Assembly (NCBI RefSeq): GCF_001194135.2
Contig: NC_069003.1
Coordinates: 22,562,999-22,610,983 of the forward strand
Reading direction: 5' to 3'
Source: Octopus bimaculoides
Lineage: Eukaryota
DNA length: 47,985 bases
Shown piece by piece: positions 35,291-47,699 of the stretch (the stretch's first letter is position 1; every line of letters begins with the position of its first letter). The notes under the pieces are model-generated. The model saw only the letters and a program-made list of their open reading frames with translations. It searched no databases and was not told the origin of the DNA. The position numbers were made by a program, and so were the translations under genes.

Positions 35291-35892
35291 GTAAGTAAAT
35301 ATTTGAATTAAGATTTCCTCTCATATAAACAATCATTATGTTTGTGTTTAACATTCGGAGTGCCCTTGTTCAGTAGACCTATAATCAAAAGATATTCTAG
35401 CTAGCATCATCTTGGTCCTATCTATCTTTTTTCCTTTTTAATTTTCCTGACATAATGTGTCTTAGACTACAATTTGCAGAGTATTCTTTCTTTTCTGAGA
35501 TCAAAGGGTGTGTGATTTGATAGACTCTTGGTTGCTGTTTTAGCAGAATGAGTGACCACATTGAAACATCCTCTTTGGTATGTGTGATGTAACAGTATTG
35601 GAGGCTATAGTTGCTGTTTTAACTCCAGCTAGGCCATGAACTGGTAGAATCGTGATCAAGGTATATCTTTGACTCCAATAGCCAATGTGTTTATAAGAGA
35701 TTTGAAGCAGACTTGGCTGCTAATTCTAGAATGATGGCTTTGTTGTTGGCTTGTGAATATTATAAACATTATTATACAGTAATGAGTGCAGGAATGGCTG
35801 TAGAATGAAGTTCACATTGCAATCATATGGCTCTGGATTCTACTATATCCTTAGGTCAGCTTAACTCTTGTGAGTGATATTTAGCTTGTATA

Positions 35893-35933
<41 letters not shown>

Positions 35934-36410
35934 TCATATGATGATATCTCCACAATGTGTTGATGAGATAAACATGTAATCGCTACCAATATAGCAAGAG
36001 ATTTCTCCGCAAAGGTCTAAAGTAGACTCCTTATGGATCAATATCCTTGGTTATTTACCTTTTACCCTGAAGGTGTGTAAGGTAATTTATCTATTTAACT
36101 TGAATTTGACAGTTAAATATAGCCTTATACAGAAATGTTGACATAGGAATAAACTTCAATAATAATGGATATTAGCATCAAATCTCTCATTTAAATTTTT
36201 GATATATATATATATATATATAAGACCACTGGGAGTGAGGCACCTCTTAACTCTCATTATTCCAATATGAAGCTTGAGGAATGCTGTTTGGGAAAGTCAT
36301 AGTACACTATGCTCCTCGTGTTTGTGCATCTGTGTGTATGTATGTTACGAAGCACAACATGGATATCTGTTGAGATTTTTGATAAACCAAATTATTCATC
36401 ATTTTCGTAG

Positions 36411-36439
36411 ACGAAGAAACCTGTCATTGCTATGAATGA
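36411..36439 (+). CDS. Probable terminal coding exon (T|AC = Y; YEETCHCYE*) followed by a 3'UTR
   Basis: CATCATTTTCGTAG acceptor. Phase-compatible with the 35210 exon; TGA at 36437-36439; about 380 nt of unique sequence follows. Confidence 0.4.
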
Positions 36440-36815
36440 CAAAACATTGATAGAGTTTGGAGATAATTGTCCTTGGATTGGTGGGATTGTAGCAACAGTC
36501 AAAATATGATTTGTTGGTGTCAGTGTTTCTGTTGTTGTTTGTTCATTATTGAGCAGCTGTTCGCATCTCTTTGCTATCTGTCTGCCATTTCATCTCTGCT
36601 AAGTAGCTAAGGTGTGTTGAATACTTATTGATGGTTAAACTCAGAAAGAAGCACATCAAAAGATGAAATTGTTGTTGGTGCCTGTTTCACGTGAAGTTTT
36701 CACTGGTCATGTCTTTTCAATCACCTAGGTAATATTATAGCAAATCATGACATCAGATATAGGGATTTAATTGCTAAAGTAACAGAATACATGTTATTAG
36801 GAATTGTATAAAAAC

Positions 36816-36821
36816 AATAAA
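36816..36821 (+). promoter_or_regulatory. Candidate polyadenylation signal
   Basis: AATAAA followed by a T/GT-rich tract downstream of the putative last exon. Confidence 0.3.
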
Positions 36822-36985
36822 AATATTTTGTTTATTGTAGAAATATAACCAATTTATTGTTGATGAGATTTAACAATTAAATCTTATATGGACCCTGGTT
36901 GATAGCCACTGATGTAGAGCTTAGCATCTGTGTGCATTTGTACATATGATGCTTAACATGTATAAATATATGTATATTGTGCATA

Positions 36986-37408
36986 GGCGTAGGAGTGGCT
37001 GTGTGGTAAGTAGCTAGCTTACCAACCACATGGTCCCGGGTTCAGTCCCACTGCGCGGCATCTTGGGCAAGTGTCTTCTACTATAGCCTCGGGCCGACCA
37101 AAGCCTTGTGAGTGGATTTGGTAGACGGAAACTGAAAGAAGCCCGTCGTATATATGTATATATATGTATGTGTGTGTTTGTGTATATGTTTGTGTGTCTG
37201 TGTTTGTCCCCCCAACATCGCTTGACAACTGATGCTGGTGTGTTTATGTCCCCGTAACTTAGCGGTTCGGCAAAAGAGATCGATAGAATAAGTACTAGGC
37301 TTCTAAAGAATAAGTCCTGGGGTCGATTTGCTCGATTAAAAGGCGGTGCTCCAGCATGGCCACAGTCAAGGGACTGAAACAAGTAAAAGAGTAAAAGAGT
37401 AAAAGAGT
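36986..37408 (+). mobile_element. Young full-length OR-type SINE
   Basis: Same structure as 34051-34400, with an internal TA/TG microsatellite and a (GTAAAAGA)3 tail. Confidence 0.92.
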
Positions 37409-38039
37409 ATGCCTAGCATGTGTGATTAGTGTTTGTATGGTACTTAGTGTGTGTATGTGATGCTAACTATATATATATATATGTTGTGCATATATATATA
37501 TGATAGTGAGCAACTGGCTGTGTGTGTGTGTGTGTGTGAATATGCTCTTTAATGTATGTATGTGATGCTTAATCTTTCATTGTATCATTGATATTTAGTT
37601 CCTCTGTGTGTGTGTGTGATAAATTCAAGTCTATTTTTAGCTTGCTTTTTTTACAAGTCCTGTTAATTTATATATTTTTTTTTCGTGAAAGTGTATATAC
37701 CTTTCATTTGGAGAAAATTGATTATGCTTAGTGTAGTAGAGCTGTTTGTTGTTAGAACAGGCAGAATTTGCTTTAGTGAAGAAGAGAAGACTTTACTGTA
37801 AAGTCCAAACACTGTAAAATAAAATGTTTGGAGGCAGTTGGGGGCTGGAGGGGGGGGGAATTGTCTAGGGAAATCATTATGTGAAAGGACTGTGGACAGC
37901 TTGGCTATTATCATTGCAATAAGAATGGAGATGTTTGATGATATTTGATGATGTTAATAATAGCATGTTAACATTACCAGATGAATTCAGTTCTCTTTGT
38001 TTTGTATTTCATCTTCTCACACACTTTCATTCTTTCATA

Positions 38040-38108
38040 TCATCTCTCTCTTTCTCTCTATCTCTCTCTCTCTTTCTCTCTCTCTCTCTTTCTCTTTCNN
38101 NNNNNNNN

Positions 38109-38162
<54 letters not shown>
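38040..38162. repeat. (CT)n microsatellite
   Basis: Read directly from the sequence. Confidence 0.95.
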
Positions 38163-38167
<5 letters not shown>

Positions 38168-38769
38168 GCTACACGCTCACTCTTTCACTTTCTTTTCACT
38201 TTTTTTTCTCTTTTGAACTCATTTTCTGCTTTTCTTTGTCTCTGACACTTCCTGCCTTCCTCTTCTTCCCCTTTTATTTCTCTCTCTCTCTCTCTCTTAT
38301 TCTCTTTGTTGCTTTCTTTTTTCTCCTCTTTGTTCCTTCCTCTCTCCTACTCCATTTTCCACACATTTTTTTTTTTTACCATCCTCTCTCATTCTCTTGT
38401 ACACAGCACATTTCCACCCCCCCATCCAAAGAATTCATTGCACTGAACCAATTTACTGTTTCAGTGTGGAGCTCTGATTTAGGCTAGAGATTTCTGTTCC
38501 TGTATTGTTTGTTCAGTTTATTATGAAAATATTTCACATCTTGAAATTGGGATTGAAACAACATTATACCTACTAATGGATCTTACCTACCAGCTACTCA
38601 ATACTTAGTTGTTATTTAGACCCAGATCAGCTCTGATCCAGCAGAGCTTGGTTCAAAGAATTGTTTTGAGCCATAACCACCCTGTCCATAGAGTAATGTA
38701 ACAAGACCACATTTCCAATGCATGCTTTTATTTTTTTTTAGGACGGCATTTTCTTTTTTAGTGGGTTGG

Positions 38770-38960
38770 TCATTGGACAGTGGTCATACTGGAGCACTGC
38801 TTTCAAGTCTTTTATTCTTTTATTTGTTTCAGTCATTTGACTGCAGCCATGCTGGAGCACCACCTTTTAGTTGAACAAACCGATCCCAGGACTTATTCTT
38901 TGTAAGCCTAGTACTTATTCTATCAGTCTCTTTGCTACATAGAAATTGAAAGAAGCCCAC
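38770..38960 (-). mobile_element. OR-type SINE fragment(s)
   Basis: GCCATGCTGGAGCACCACC...CCCAGGACTTATTC...AGTACTTATTCTATC is the reverse of the SINE 3' half. Confidence 0.75.
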
Positions 38961-40013
38961 CGTATATATATATTTATATATAGATATATATATATTTATA
39001 TATATATATATATATATATNNNNNNNNNNNNNNNNNNNNNNNNNNNNNNNNNNNNNNNNNNNNNNNNNNNNNNNNNNNNNNNNNNNNNNNNNNNNNNNNN
39101 NNNNNNNNNNNNNNNNNNNNNNNNNNNNNNNNNNNNNNNNNNNNNNNNNNNNNNNNNNNNNNNNNNNNNNNNNNNNNNNNNNNNNNNNNNNNNNNNNNNN
39201 NNNNNNNNNNNNNNNNNNNNNNNNNNNNNNNNNNNNNNNNNNNNNNNNNNNNNNNNNNNNNNNNNNNNNNNNNNNNNNNNNNNNNNNNNNNNNNNNNNNN
39301 NNNNNNNNNNNNNNNNNNNNNNNNNNNNNNNNNNNNNNNNNNNNNNNNNNNNNNNNNNNNNNNNNNNNNNNNNNNNNNNNNNNNNNNNNNNNNNNNNNNN
39401 NNNNNNNNNNNNNNNNNNNNNNNNNNNNNNNNNNNNNNNNNNNNNNNNNNNNNNNNNNNNNNNNNNNNNNNNNNNNNNNNNNNNNNNNNNNNNNNNNNNN
39501 NNNNNNNNNNNNNNNNNNNNNNNNNNNNNNNNNNNNNNNNNNNNNNNNNNNNNNNNNNNNNNNNNNNNNNNNNNNNNNNNNNNNNNNNNNNNNNNNNNNN
39601 NNNNNNNNNNNNNNNNNNNNNNNNNNNNNNNNNNNNNNNNNNNNNNNNNNNNNNNNNNNNNNNNNNNNNNNNNNNNNNNNNNNNNNNNNNNNNNNNNNNN
39701 NNNNNNNNNNNNNNNNNNNNNNNNNNNNNNNNNNNNNNNNNNNNNNNNNNNNNNNNNNNNNNNNNNNNNNNNNNNNNNNNNNNNNNNNNNNNNNNNNNNN
39801 NNNNNNNNNNNNNNNNNNNNNNNNNNNNNNNNNNNNNNNNNNNNNNNNNNNNNNNNNNNNNNNNNNNNNNNNNNNNNNNNNNNNNNNNNNATATATATAT
39901 ATACATACACCAGAGCAATCACATAAATGCGAAACAAGGTGGAAAAAATAGTACTCGAATACCAGAGGTAGAGTAATATTCTGTTTGTCGGACAGTTTTG
40001 TTTAGAGTTCTAA

Positions 40014-40064
40014 ACAAAACTGTCTGATGATTGGGAACGTGAAACTCTGAGTAATGGATTTTGT
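40014..40064 (+). ncRNA. Minimal type I hammerhead-ribozyme-like motif in a Penelope-like terminal fragment (about 39926-40090)
   Basis: Core CTGATGA 40024-40030, stem II TTG-GGAA-CGT (weak), GAAA 40041-40044, palindromic stem III ACTC-T-GAGT and cleavage triplet GTA 40051-40053. Stem I pairs ACAAAACTGT with ATGGATTTTGT. Confidence 0.55.
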
Positions 40065-40088
40065 GATGTTTTTGCTGCTTTTTAATAA

Positions 40089-40120
<32 letters not shown>

Positions 40121-40380
40121 AAAAAATTAACATGAAACTCTAGCCAGTTCAATCTGAAAGGATATTACAGTGAAGACCCTGAAGAAACTACATCGGTATT
40201 ATAGCAAAGTTGCAAATGCAACAGTTACTGATCATTGTAGTGGAAACATATGTTGGTTAATATTAAGCTGTATTTAAATCAAAACATAAACTAAAATTCA
40301 TGAAATGCTACTTCATTATAGTTCTTATTATATATGCGACATATTCTTTAATATTTTGATCAGACATAGCAATACAAACA

Positions 40381-40417
<37 letters not shown>

Positions 40418-40616
40418 TATCTGTACATATGTAGATCATACACATATATGCATGACCCATATATGTACTGCCACATTACCCGCAGAACCATTACGGCACT
40501 GTCAAACTACTCACAAAACCATACTGCACTGTTAAACCATACATGTATATGTAGGGCTGTGCATAGATTAATATATTTATCTGCATTTGTGAATGTATAT
40601 ATGTATGTGGATACGA

Positions 40617-40654
<38 letters not shown>

Positions 40655-40907
40655 TCAGCAAGTATAAGTAGTATAAAAGAGAGTGTGTATGTAAGATTGC
40701 CAATTTGTATGTATTCTAGTATTATTGTTTTATTATTTATAATCTTCCTCGTGTATAAGTATTTGAGGTTAAACTGAATGCTTTGTCTCTATTGAAACTA
40801 CCAGAATTGTTTGCTCTGTGTTTTGATGAGCACTTAATGTGAGCCCTGACACTTGTTTGTCGCCTTGACTTCTCTCTGTTTTCTTAGTATTAGATCATAA
40901 ATCAAAT

Positions 40908-41214
40908 TTGTATTCTCTCATTCATTCATTCATTCACTCCTCTTTCATTCATTCAATCTCTCATTCACTCTCTCTCGCATTCTCTCTCTCTCTCTCTCTC
41001 TCTCTCATTCTCTCTCTCTCTCTCATTCTCTCTCTCTCTCTCATTCTCTCTCTATCTCTCATTCTCTCTCTATCTCTCATTCTCTCTCTATCTCNNNNNN
41101 NNNNTCTCTCATTCTCTCTCTATCTCTCATTCTCTCTCTATCTCTCATTCTCTCTCTCTCTCTCTCTCTCTCATTCACTCTCTGTGTGTCTTATTCACTC
41201 TCTCTCTCTCATTC

Positions 41215-41266
<52 letters not shown>

Positions 41267-41299
41267 ATTCTCTCTCTCTCTCTCATTCTCTCTCTCTCT

Positions 41300-41345
<46 letters not shown>

Positions 41346-41460
41346 CTCTATCTCTCATTCTCTATCTCTCATTCTCTCTCTCTCTCTCTCATTCACTGTG
41401 TGTGTGTCTTATTCACTCTCTGTCTGTCTCATTCACTCTCTCTGTGTCTCATCCACTCTT
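40908..41460. repeat. (CATT)n/(CT)n compound low-complexity tract
   Basis: Read directly from the sequence. Confidence 0.95.
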
Positions 41461-42149
41461 TCTCTCTAGTCAGTATCTAATTGAGTGACAGGTCTTATAC
41501 ACACCCACTTGTTTTCTTGTATTGGAATTCTATCTTTAAAACTTCACTGGTAAAAAGCTGGTCAGTAAAGTTATGGATGACTAACTTTACGCGATGCCCG
41601 AGGAGCTGAAATTTATGTTATATGATGTAATCTGTCACAACTGCATTATATAAATTTCCAGCGAAACAGTTGTTGCAAACTTAAATGCCATTTATCTGTT
41701 ATCTATTATAAATTATATGGACACCACAGATTCAGGGATGAATCAGAACATCTGTAATTAATTGGAATGGAGAATTACTCAACGACAGTATTATGGATTA
41801 TTCCACTGTCTGCACTTTGTAATATAATATGTGTGTATGTATGTATATATATATGTGTGTATACATGTAATATATATATATATATATATGATTAAGATTT
41901 AGTTGAATTAGGTACTTCAATTGGGGCACTTTACTAGTTCGGTATAATCTGCACACCCCAACATTATTATTTGAGTATTGAATATCAAGACTCTGTGGAG
42001 GGGTATTTGTACCCAATATTCCTGTCGTGTGTAGAGAACACAACCCAGCTAAGTGAAGATATCCGCTGTTGGTAATTCAGACATGTACTTTTTATGAAGA
42101 TACTTTCTATAGTATTTCTGAAGTGCAGATTCCAGATTCTGTTCACTGA

Positions 42150-42292
42150 CATATATATACATATATATATATATTTGTTACATGTAGTATATATATATTT
42201 GTTACATGTAGTATATATATATTTGTTACATGTAGTATATATATATTTGTTACATGTAGTATATATATATTTGTTACATGTAGTATATATAT
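42150..42292. repeat. 24-bp tandem repeat (TATATATATATTTGTTACATGTAG)n running into a gap
   Basis: About 5 units visible. Confidence 0.95.
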
Positions 42293-43133
42293 NNNNNNNN
42301 NNNNNNNNNNNNNNNNNNNNNNNNNNNNNNNNNNNNNNNNNNNNNNNNNNNNNNNNNNNNNNNNNNNNNNNNNNNNNNNNNNNNNNNNNNNNNNNNNNNN
42401 NNNNNNNNNNNNNNNNNNNNNNNNNNNNNNNNNNNNNNNNNNNNNNNNNNNNNNNNNNNNNNNNNNNNNNNNNNNNNNNNNNNNNNNNNNNNNNNNNNNN
42501 NNNNNNNNNNNNNNNNNNNNNNNNNNNNNNNNNNNNNNNNNNNNNNNNNNNNNNNNNNNNNNNNNNNNNNNNNNNNNNNNNNNNNNNNNNNNNNNNNNNN
42601 NNNNNNNNNNNNNNNNNNNNNNNNNNNNNNNNNNNNNNNNNNNNNNNNNNNNNNNNNNNNNNNNNNNNNNNNNNNNNNNNNNNNNNNNNNNNNNNNNNNN
42701 NNNNNNNNNNNNNNNNNNNNNNNNNNNNNNNNNNNNNNNNNNNNNNNNNNNNNNNNNNNNNNNNNNNNNNNNNNNNNNNNNNNNNNNNNNNNNNNNNNNN
42801 NNNNNNNNNNNNNNNNNNNNNNNNNNNNNNNNNNNNNNNNNNNNNNNNNNNNNNNNNNNNNNNNNNNNNNNNNNNNNNNNNNNNNNNNNNNNNNNNNNNN
42901 NNNNNNNNNNNNNNNNNNNNNNNNNNNNNNNNNNNNNNNNNNNNNNNNNNNNNNNNNNNNNNNNNNNNNNNNNNNNNNNNNNNNNNNNNNNNNNNNNNNN
43001 NNNNNNNNNNNNNNNNNNNNNNNNNNNNNNNNNNNNNNNNNNNNNNNNNNNNNNNNNNNNNNNNNNNNNNNNNNNNNNNNNNNNNNNNNNNNNNNNNNNN
43101 NNNNNNNNNNNNNNNNNNNNNNNNNNNNNNNNN

Positions 43134-44266
43134 NGTTTCTTTTTAGATGTCATCAGGAAAAGGTAATTAAAATTCATTAAGATGACAGATCTATCGGACT
43201 TTCAAAGAGGTCAAATTGTTGGTGCTCGTGTGGCAGGTGCTAGCGTAACGAAAACAGCCGAAATGTTTGGTGAATCAAGAAGTACTGTCTCAAAAATAAT
43301 GACAGCCTTTGAGAAAGAGGGAAAAACCTCCTCTACGAAACAAAACTTCGGAAGAAAACTAAAACTTTCAGTTAGGGACCGTTGGACTCTAATGCAAATT
43401 GTTAGAAAGGATCACAAAAGTACAGGTCCCAAAATTACTGAAGAGCTTAATGACCACCTCGAGAACCCAGTTTCCACAAAACTTGTTCGCCGGGAGCTGC
43501 ACAAAGCCAGATTTCATAAGAAGGCTGCAATCAGAAAACCACTACTTTCAAAAACAAACATTGCAAAGCGTTTAGAGTGGAGTAAAAACCTACAGAATTG
43601 GTCCCTAGAGCAGTGGAAGAATGTTATTTTCTCGGATGAGTCATCCTTTACCTTATTTCCAACCACCGGCTGAGTATACATGTGGAGATAGCCAAAAGAA
43701 GCATTTGACCCAGACCACTTTCTTCCAACTGTTAAACATGGAGGAGGATCTGTGATGATCTGGAGGGCTGTATTCTTGGAAATCCGCTGGCCTAATGGTT
43801 TCCCTTCATGGCAGAATTAATAGTCAAGACTATTTAAGCATTTTATCTGATCAAATTCATCCTATGGTTGCGGAACTGTTTCCGGAGGGAAATGTAATCT
43901 TTCAAGATGATAATGCACCAAGTCACACAACTAAAGTTGTTACTGAATGGCACGAGGAACATTCTAGTGAAGTTGAACAACTTATCTGACCACCACAGTC
44001 CCCAGATCTCAATATTATTGAACATTTATGGTGCATTTTAGAAAAACAAGTAGGGAGTCAATATCCTCCACCATCATCACTACAAGAACTGGAGACTGTT
44101 TTAGCTGAGCAATGGACAAAAATTCCTTTGGAAACAATTCAAACTTTGTACGAGTCCATAGCTCGTAGAATTTAAGCTGTAATTACTGCCAAAGGCAGTC
44201 CTACATCATATTAAAATAAATTTGTGAGAAATTTTAAGGTGTTTCCATTATTTTGTCCAACCCCTG
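43134..44266 (+). mobile_element. Tc1-family transposon (DD34E); transposase 43182-44214 disrupted; left TIR in the gap
   Basis: MTDLSDFQRGQIVG...FSDES, IFQDDNAPSH, PPQSPDLNIIEHLW. Stops at 43671 and later plus a frameshift. Right end ...TTTTGTCCAACCCCTG is followed by TA. Confidence 0.95.
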
Positions 44267-44335
44267 TATATGTATTATGTTAGATGTAATATATTTATAT
44301 ATCTATCTATCTATCTATCTATATATGTATGTATA

Positions 44336-45487
44336 TTGGGTCATCCCATAAATAATGTTTTTTTTTTATACTTTTATTTTTCAAAATTAAGGTAAAGTTT
44401 TTTTAAATCTAAAATATACCCTCCTTCATTTTCTATAACACTCTTCCATCTATTGGGTAGACTTGCAAGGCCCCTCTTCCAAAATTCACTTGTCCATGAT
44501 GAAAAATTCTCCTCCAGTACTGTTCTGATGTCATTTACAGAATTCATATTTTTCTGTCCAAATGATTTTGAAAACCTGCGGAATAAATGATAATCAGATG
44601 AGGCAATGTCTGGCAAATATGATGGGTAGGGCATCGTTTCCCATTCAAACTGCTCCAGCCTTTGGAATGTCATCCTCACTGTGTGTGGCCGAGCATTATC
44701 CTAATGTAAGAACACCTTTCGTCTTGAAACCAAAGATGGTTGTTTTCCTTCTAGTGCTGACTTAAACTGCTCAAACAGCTCGCAGTAGATCTCCTTTGTT
44801 ATCGTTTGGTTTGGGTTTAAAAGTTCAAAGTACACTAAACCTTCCATATCCCACCAAACAGATAACAACACCTTACATAGGTGAAGACCTTCTTTAGCCT
44901 GAGGTGCTGGTGTTTCTCTGTTCCCTACTCACTATCTTTGGCAATTGATATTTTTATNNNNNNNNNNNNNNNNNNNNNNNNNNNNNNNNNNNNNNNNNNN
45001 NNNNNNNNNNNNNNNNNNNNNNNNNNNNNNNNNNNNNNNNNNNNNNNNNNNNNNNNNNNNNNNNNNNNNNNNNNNNNNNNNNNNNNNNNNNNNNNNNNNN
45101 NNNNNNNNNNNNNNNNNNNNNNNNNNNNNNNNNNNNNNNNNNNNNNNNNNNNNNNNNNNNNNNNNNNNNNNNNNNNNNNNNNNNNNNNNNNNNNNNNNNN
45201 NNNNNNNNNNNNNNNNNNNNNNCCTCAACATTTATGATGGGATTTTGTTCCACCATGGTTTGCAGGATGTCCTTGTCAAGCTCTACAGATCTTCCAAGAT
45301 GAGGCTCATCTTCTAGGCTATAGTTTCTGATTTGAAATTTCTGGAACCCCTGTTGACACTGGCTTATGCTTATTGTCTGATCCCCATATACTGCATTAAT
45401 ATTCCTCGCACTTTCCGTTGCGTTGTTGCCTTTATTGAACTCATAAAGCAAAATATGCCGAATATGCTCCTTTGTCACTTCCATTAT
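44336..45487 (-). mobile_element. Second copy of the 8752-10023 mariner family, truncated at the ATG end
   Basis: TA|TTGGGTCATCCCATA TIR. MEVTKEHIRHILLYEFNKGNNATESARNINAVYG and YPSYLPDIASSDYHLF. Colinear with the first copy. Confidence 0.93.
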
Positions 45488-45913
45488 AGCATATGTAGGT
45501 ACTCATTTGGGTGTAAATGTTGCTGTATGTGTCAACTATGTATCTATTGGTTTTGTGTGTGTGCATGTGCAAATACGTTTGAGTTAGCATCTGCTGTATG
45601 TGCCTGTTTCTGTTTAGAATGCATGTATAGGTGTGTGCATACAGATATCTATGTGTATGTGTGAATGTATGTGTTTATCTGGGTGAATACATGTGTATGT
45701 GTCTACATATACGTGTGTGCTTCTGATATCCGTGTGTGGGAGTACACCTGGTGTATGCTAGTGTAGTGTAGTTGCAACAGTGTTGCTGAGTGGGGGATAG
45801 AAGTCAGTGTTGGATTGAGATTTGATAGTGTTAGAAAGAGAAAGAAAGTTAGGTGTAGTATATATATGCGGATGTGTGTGTGTGTTGTGTGTGTGTGTGT
45901 GCAACAGACTAAG

Positions 45914-46250
45914 ATGAGTACAAAAGTTGCCCCAAAATATGCCAACTTAGTCCTGGCATGTATGAAAAAGCTATAACAAAATATGGTATCAACTTTCAAA
46001 ATCATTTGGTGAAAAATTGGAAATGATATTTCGATGAATGCCTTCTTCTGTAGACTTACAACCAAAAATGAACTCAATGATTTCAAATTCCTACTCAATA
46101 ACATCAATAACAGTATTCATTACACCATGGAATTTAGCCACAACCAACTATCCTTCTTAGACACTTTGATTATTAAGAATGATACAAACATAGAAACCGA
46201 CATTAACTGCAAACCAATAGATACTAAACAGCAGTGGATGCAGGGAAGAC
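45914..46250 (+). mobile_element. Penelope-like element reverse transcriptase fragment
   Basis: MSTKVAPKYANL, WK*YFDE and FLLNNINNSIHYTMEFSHNQLSFLDTLI...ETDINCKPIDTKQ match the PLE RT motifs (MG...AP.YAN, RY.DD, FT.E...LPFLD, TD.Y.KPT). Confidence 0.85.
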
Positions 46251-47088
46251 TACATTGGAGAAACTAAACTCACCTTAAGAATGAGATTAAATAGTCATTA
46301 TCAACAACTATGCAATCCCAAAACAAGACAAATTCCATTTAGTGAAAATCTGGACACATGCACAAAAACCAAATCTCTCAAATTTCTTACCTTCTGACTC
46401 TATCTTGGACAATGCTTCAGACCAAACAAGAATTAATAAAGAAAGTTCATTTATTTAATACAAGCTGCTGTTGAACATTCATGATACTCCTATGAATTAT
46501 TGTAGAATGTCTACTTGAGGTAGTTGTAAGGAAACCAAAATTCATGTAGCAGCTGTCATCTATTTTATTAATACAACACCTTGTTATCTTACTTACCCAT
46601 GCCTTGTTAACAAAAAAAGGGGATATGTTTTAACATGTTCAATAGAATGGAATTAATACTAATGGACAACATTCTTTGATAATAATTATCTGTAACACTT
46701 TTATGTAAACAATTATTACATCGCTTATTCATATCTCTTTGCTAAACTGTCATATGACATATTCAGTGGAGGAAAACTTTTATGTGACCTTCTTGTGTGA
46801 CTGTCACATGAGCGTAATGCAGGAATGTTGACCAATCGGTTTGTATGTTAACAGAAAACATTCTGAGTCACGTTCCTACTTAAAAAACAAACTATTTTTA
46901 TCACAATGGCCAGAGTAGACATAATTCACAATGCTTTTCCAAACACTATACACTTTTGAAAATCTAATGTGAAACCGGTCAAGTGTATTTCTATATTTTA
47001 AAATATTATTAAATTCTAATTAATTCTAATATATCCTTTGTGCATTTTCATTTCTTCTGTTCCTTCACTTGTTTGGATTAATAACAAT

Positions 47089-47403
47089 TGTGCCGGTGGC
47101 ATGTGAAAAGTCATTCGAGCAAGATTGTTGCCAGTGCTGCTGGACTGGCTCCTGTGCAGGTGGCACGTAAAATACACCATATTGAGCGTGGCCGTTGCCA
47201 GTACCACCTGATTGGCCTTTGTGCCGGTGACACGTAAAAGCACCCACTACACTCTCGGAATGGTTGGCGTTAGGAAGGGCATCCAGCTGTAGAAACTCTG
47301 CCAAATCAGATTGGAGCCTGGTGTAGCCATCTGGTTCACCAGTCCTCAGTCAAATCATCCAACCCATGCTAGCATGGAAAGCGGACGTTAAACGATGATG
47401 ATG

Positions 47404-47405
<2 letters not shown>
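47089..47405 (+). mobile_element. Young RTE-tail retroposon with three internal stem-loop subunits
   Basis: Near identical to 24699-24975 and 1-235. Confidence 0.88.
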
Positions 47406-47442
<37 letters not shown>

Positions 47443-47699
47443 AAACAAACAGTGAAATCTAGTGCAGTCTTCTCCCTAGCTAGCTCTCTCAAACCATCCA
47501 ACCCATGCTAGATTGGAAAATGGATGGTAAATGATGACGATGATGATATACATGGCTCTGTCTTGCTTGCTGTAGGGAGCTTGTCTCACTTGCCAGTCAT
47601 TAGACAAGTGCTTTCCAATGGCTAAGAGTTGTTCTGACTTATTTCTAGCAATGCTGGTGCTAACTAGCACCCTTAGTCACCTTAGTGATGTCTATATTT

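Noticed and set aside
36411-36509. DHHC-like FGDNCPWIGG peptide
   Set aside because: It lacks DHHC and the cysteine-rich domain, is out of phase with the upstream exon, and ends in a stop.
43134-43160. CTGATGA...GAAAC on the minus strand as a hammerhead
   Set aside because: No stem II pairing, and it is cut by the gap; chance match inside the Tc1.
3516-45484. Long ORFs in the track made of X runs or dipeptide repeats (YIYI, THTH, SLSL, CVCV)
   Set aside because: They are products of N gaps and microsatellites, not genes.
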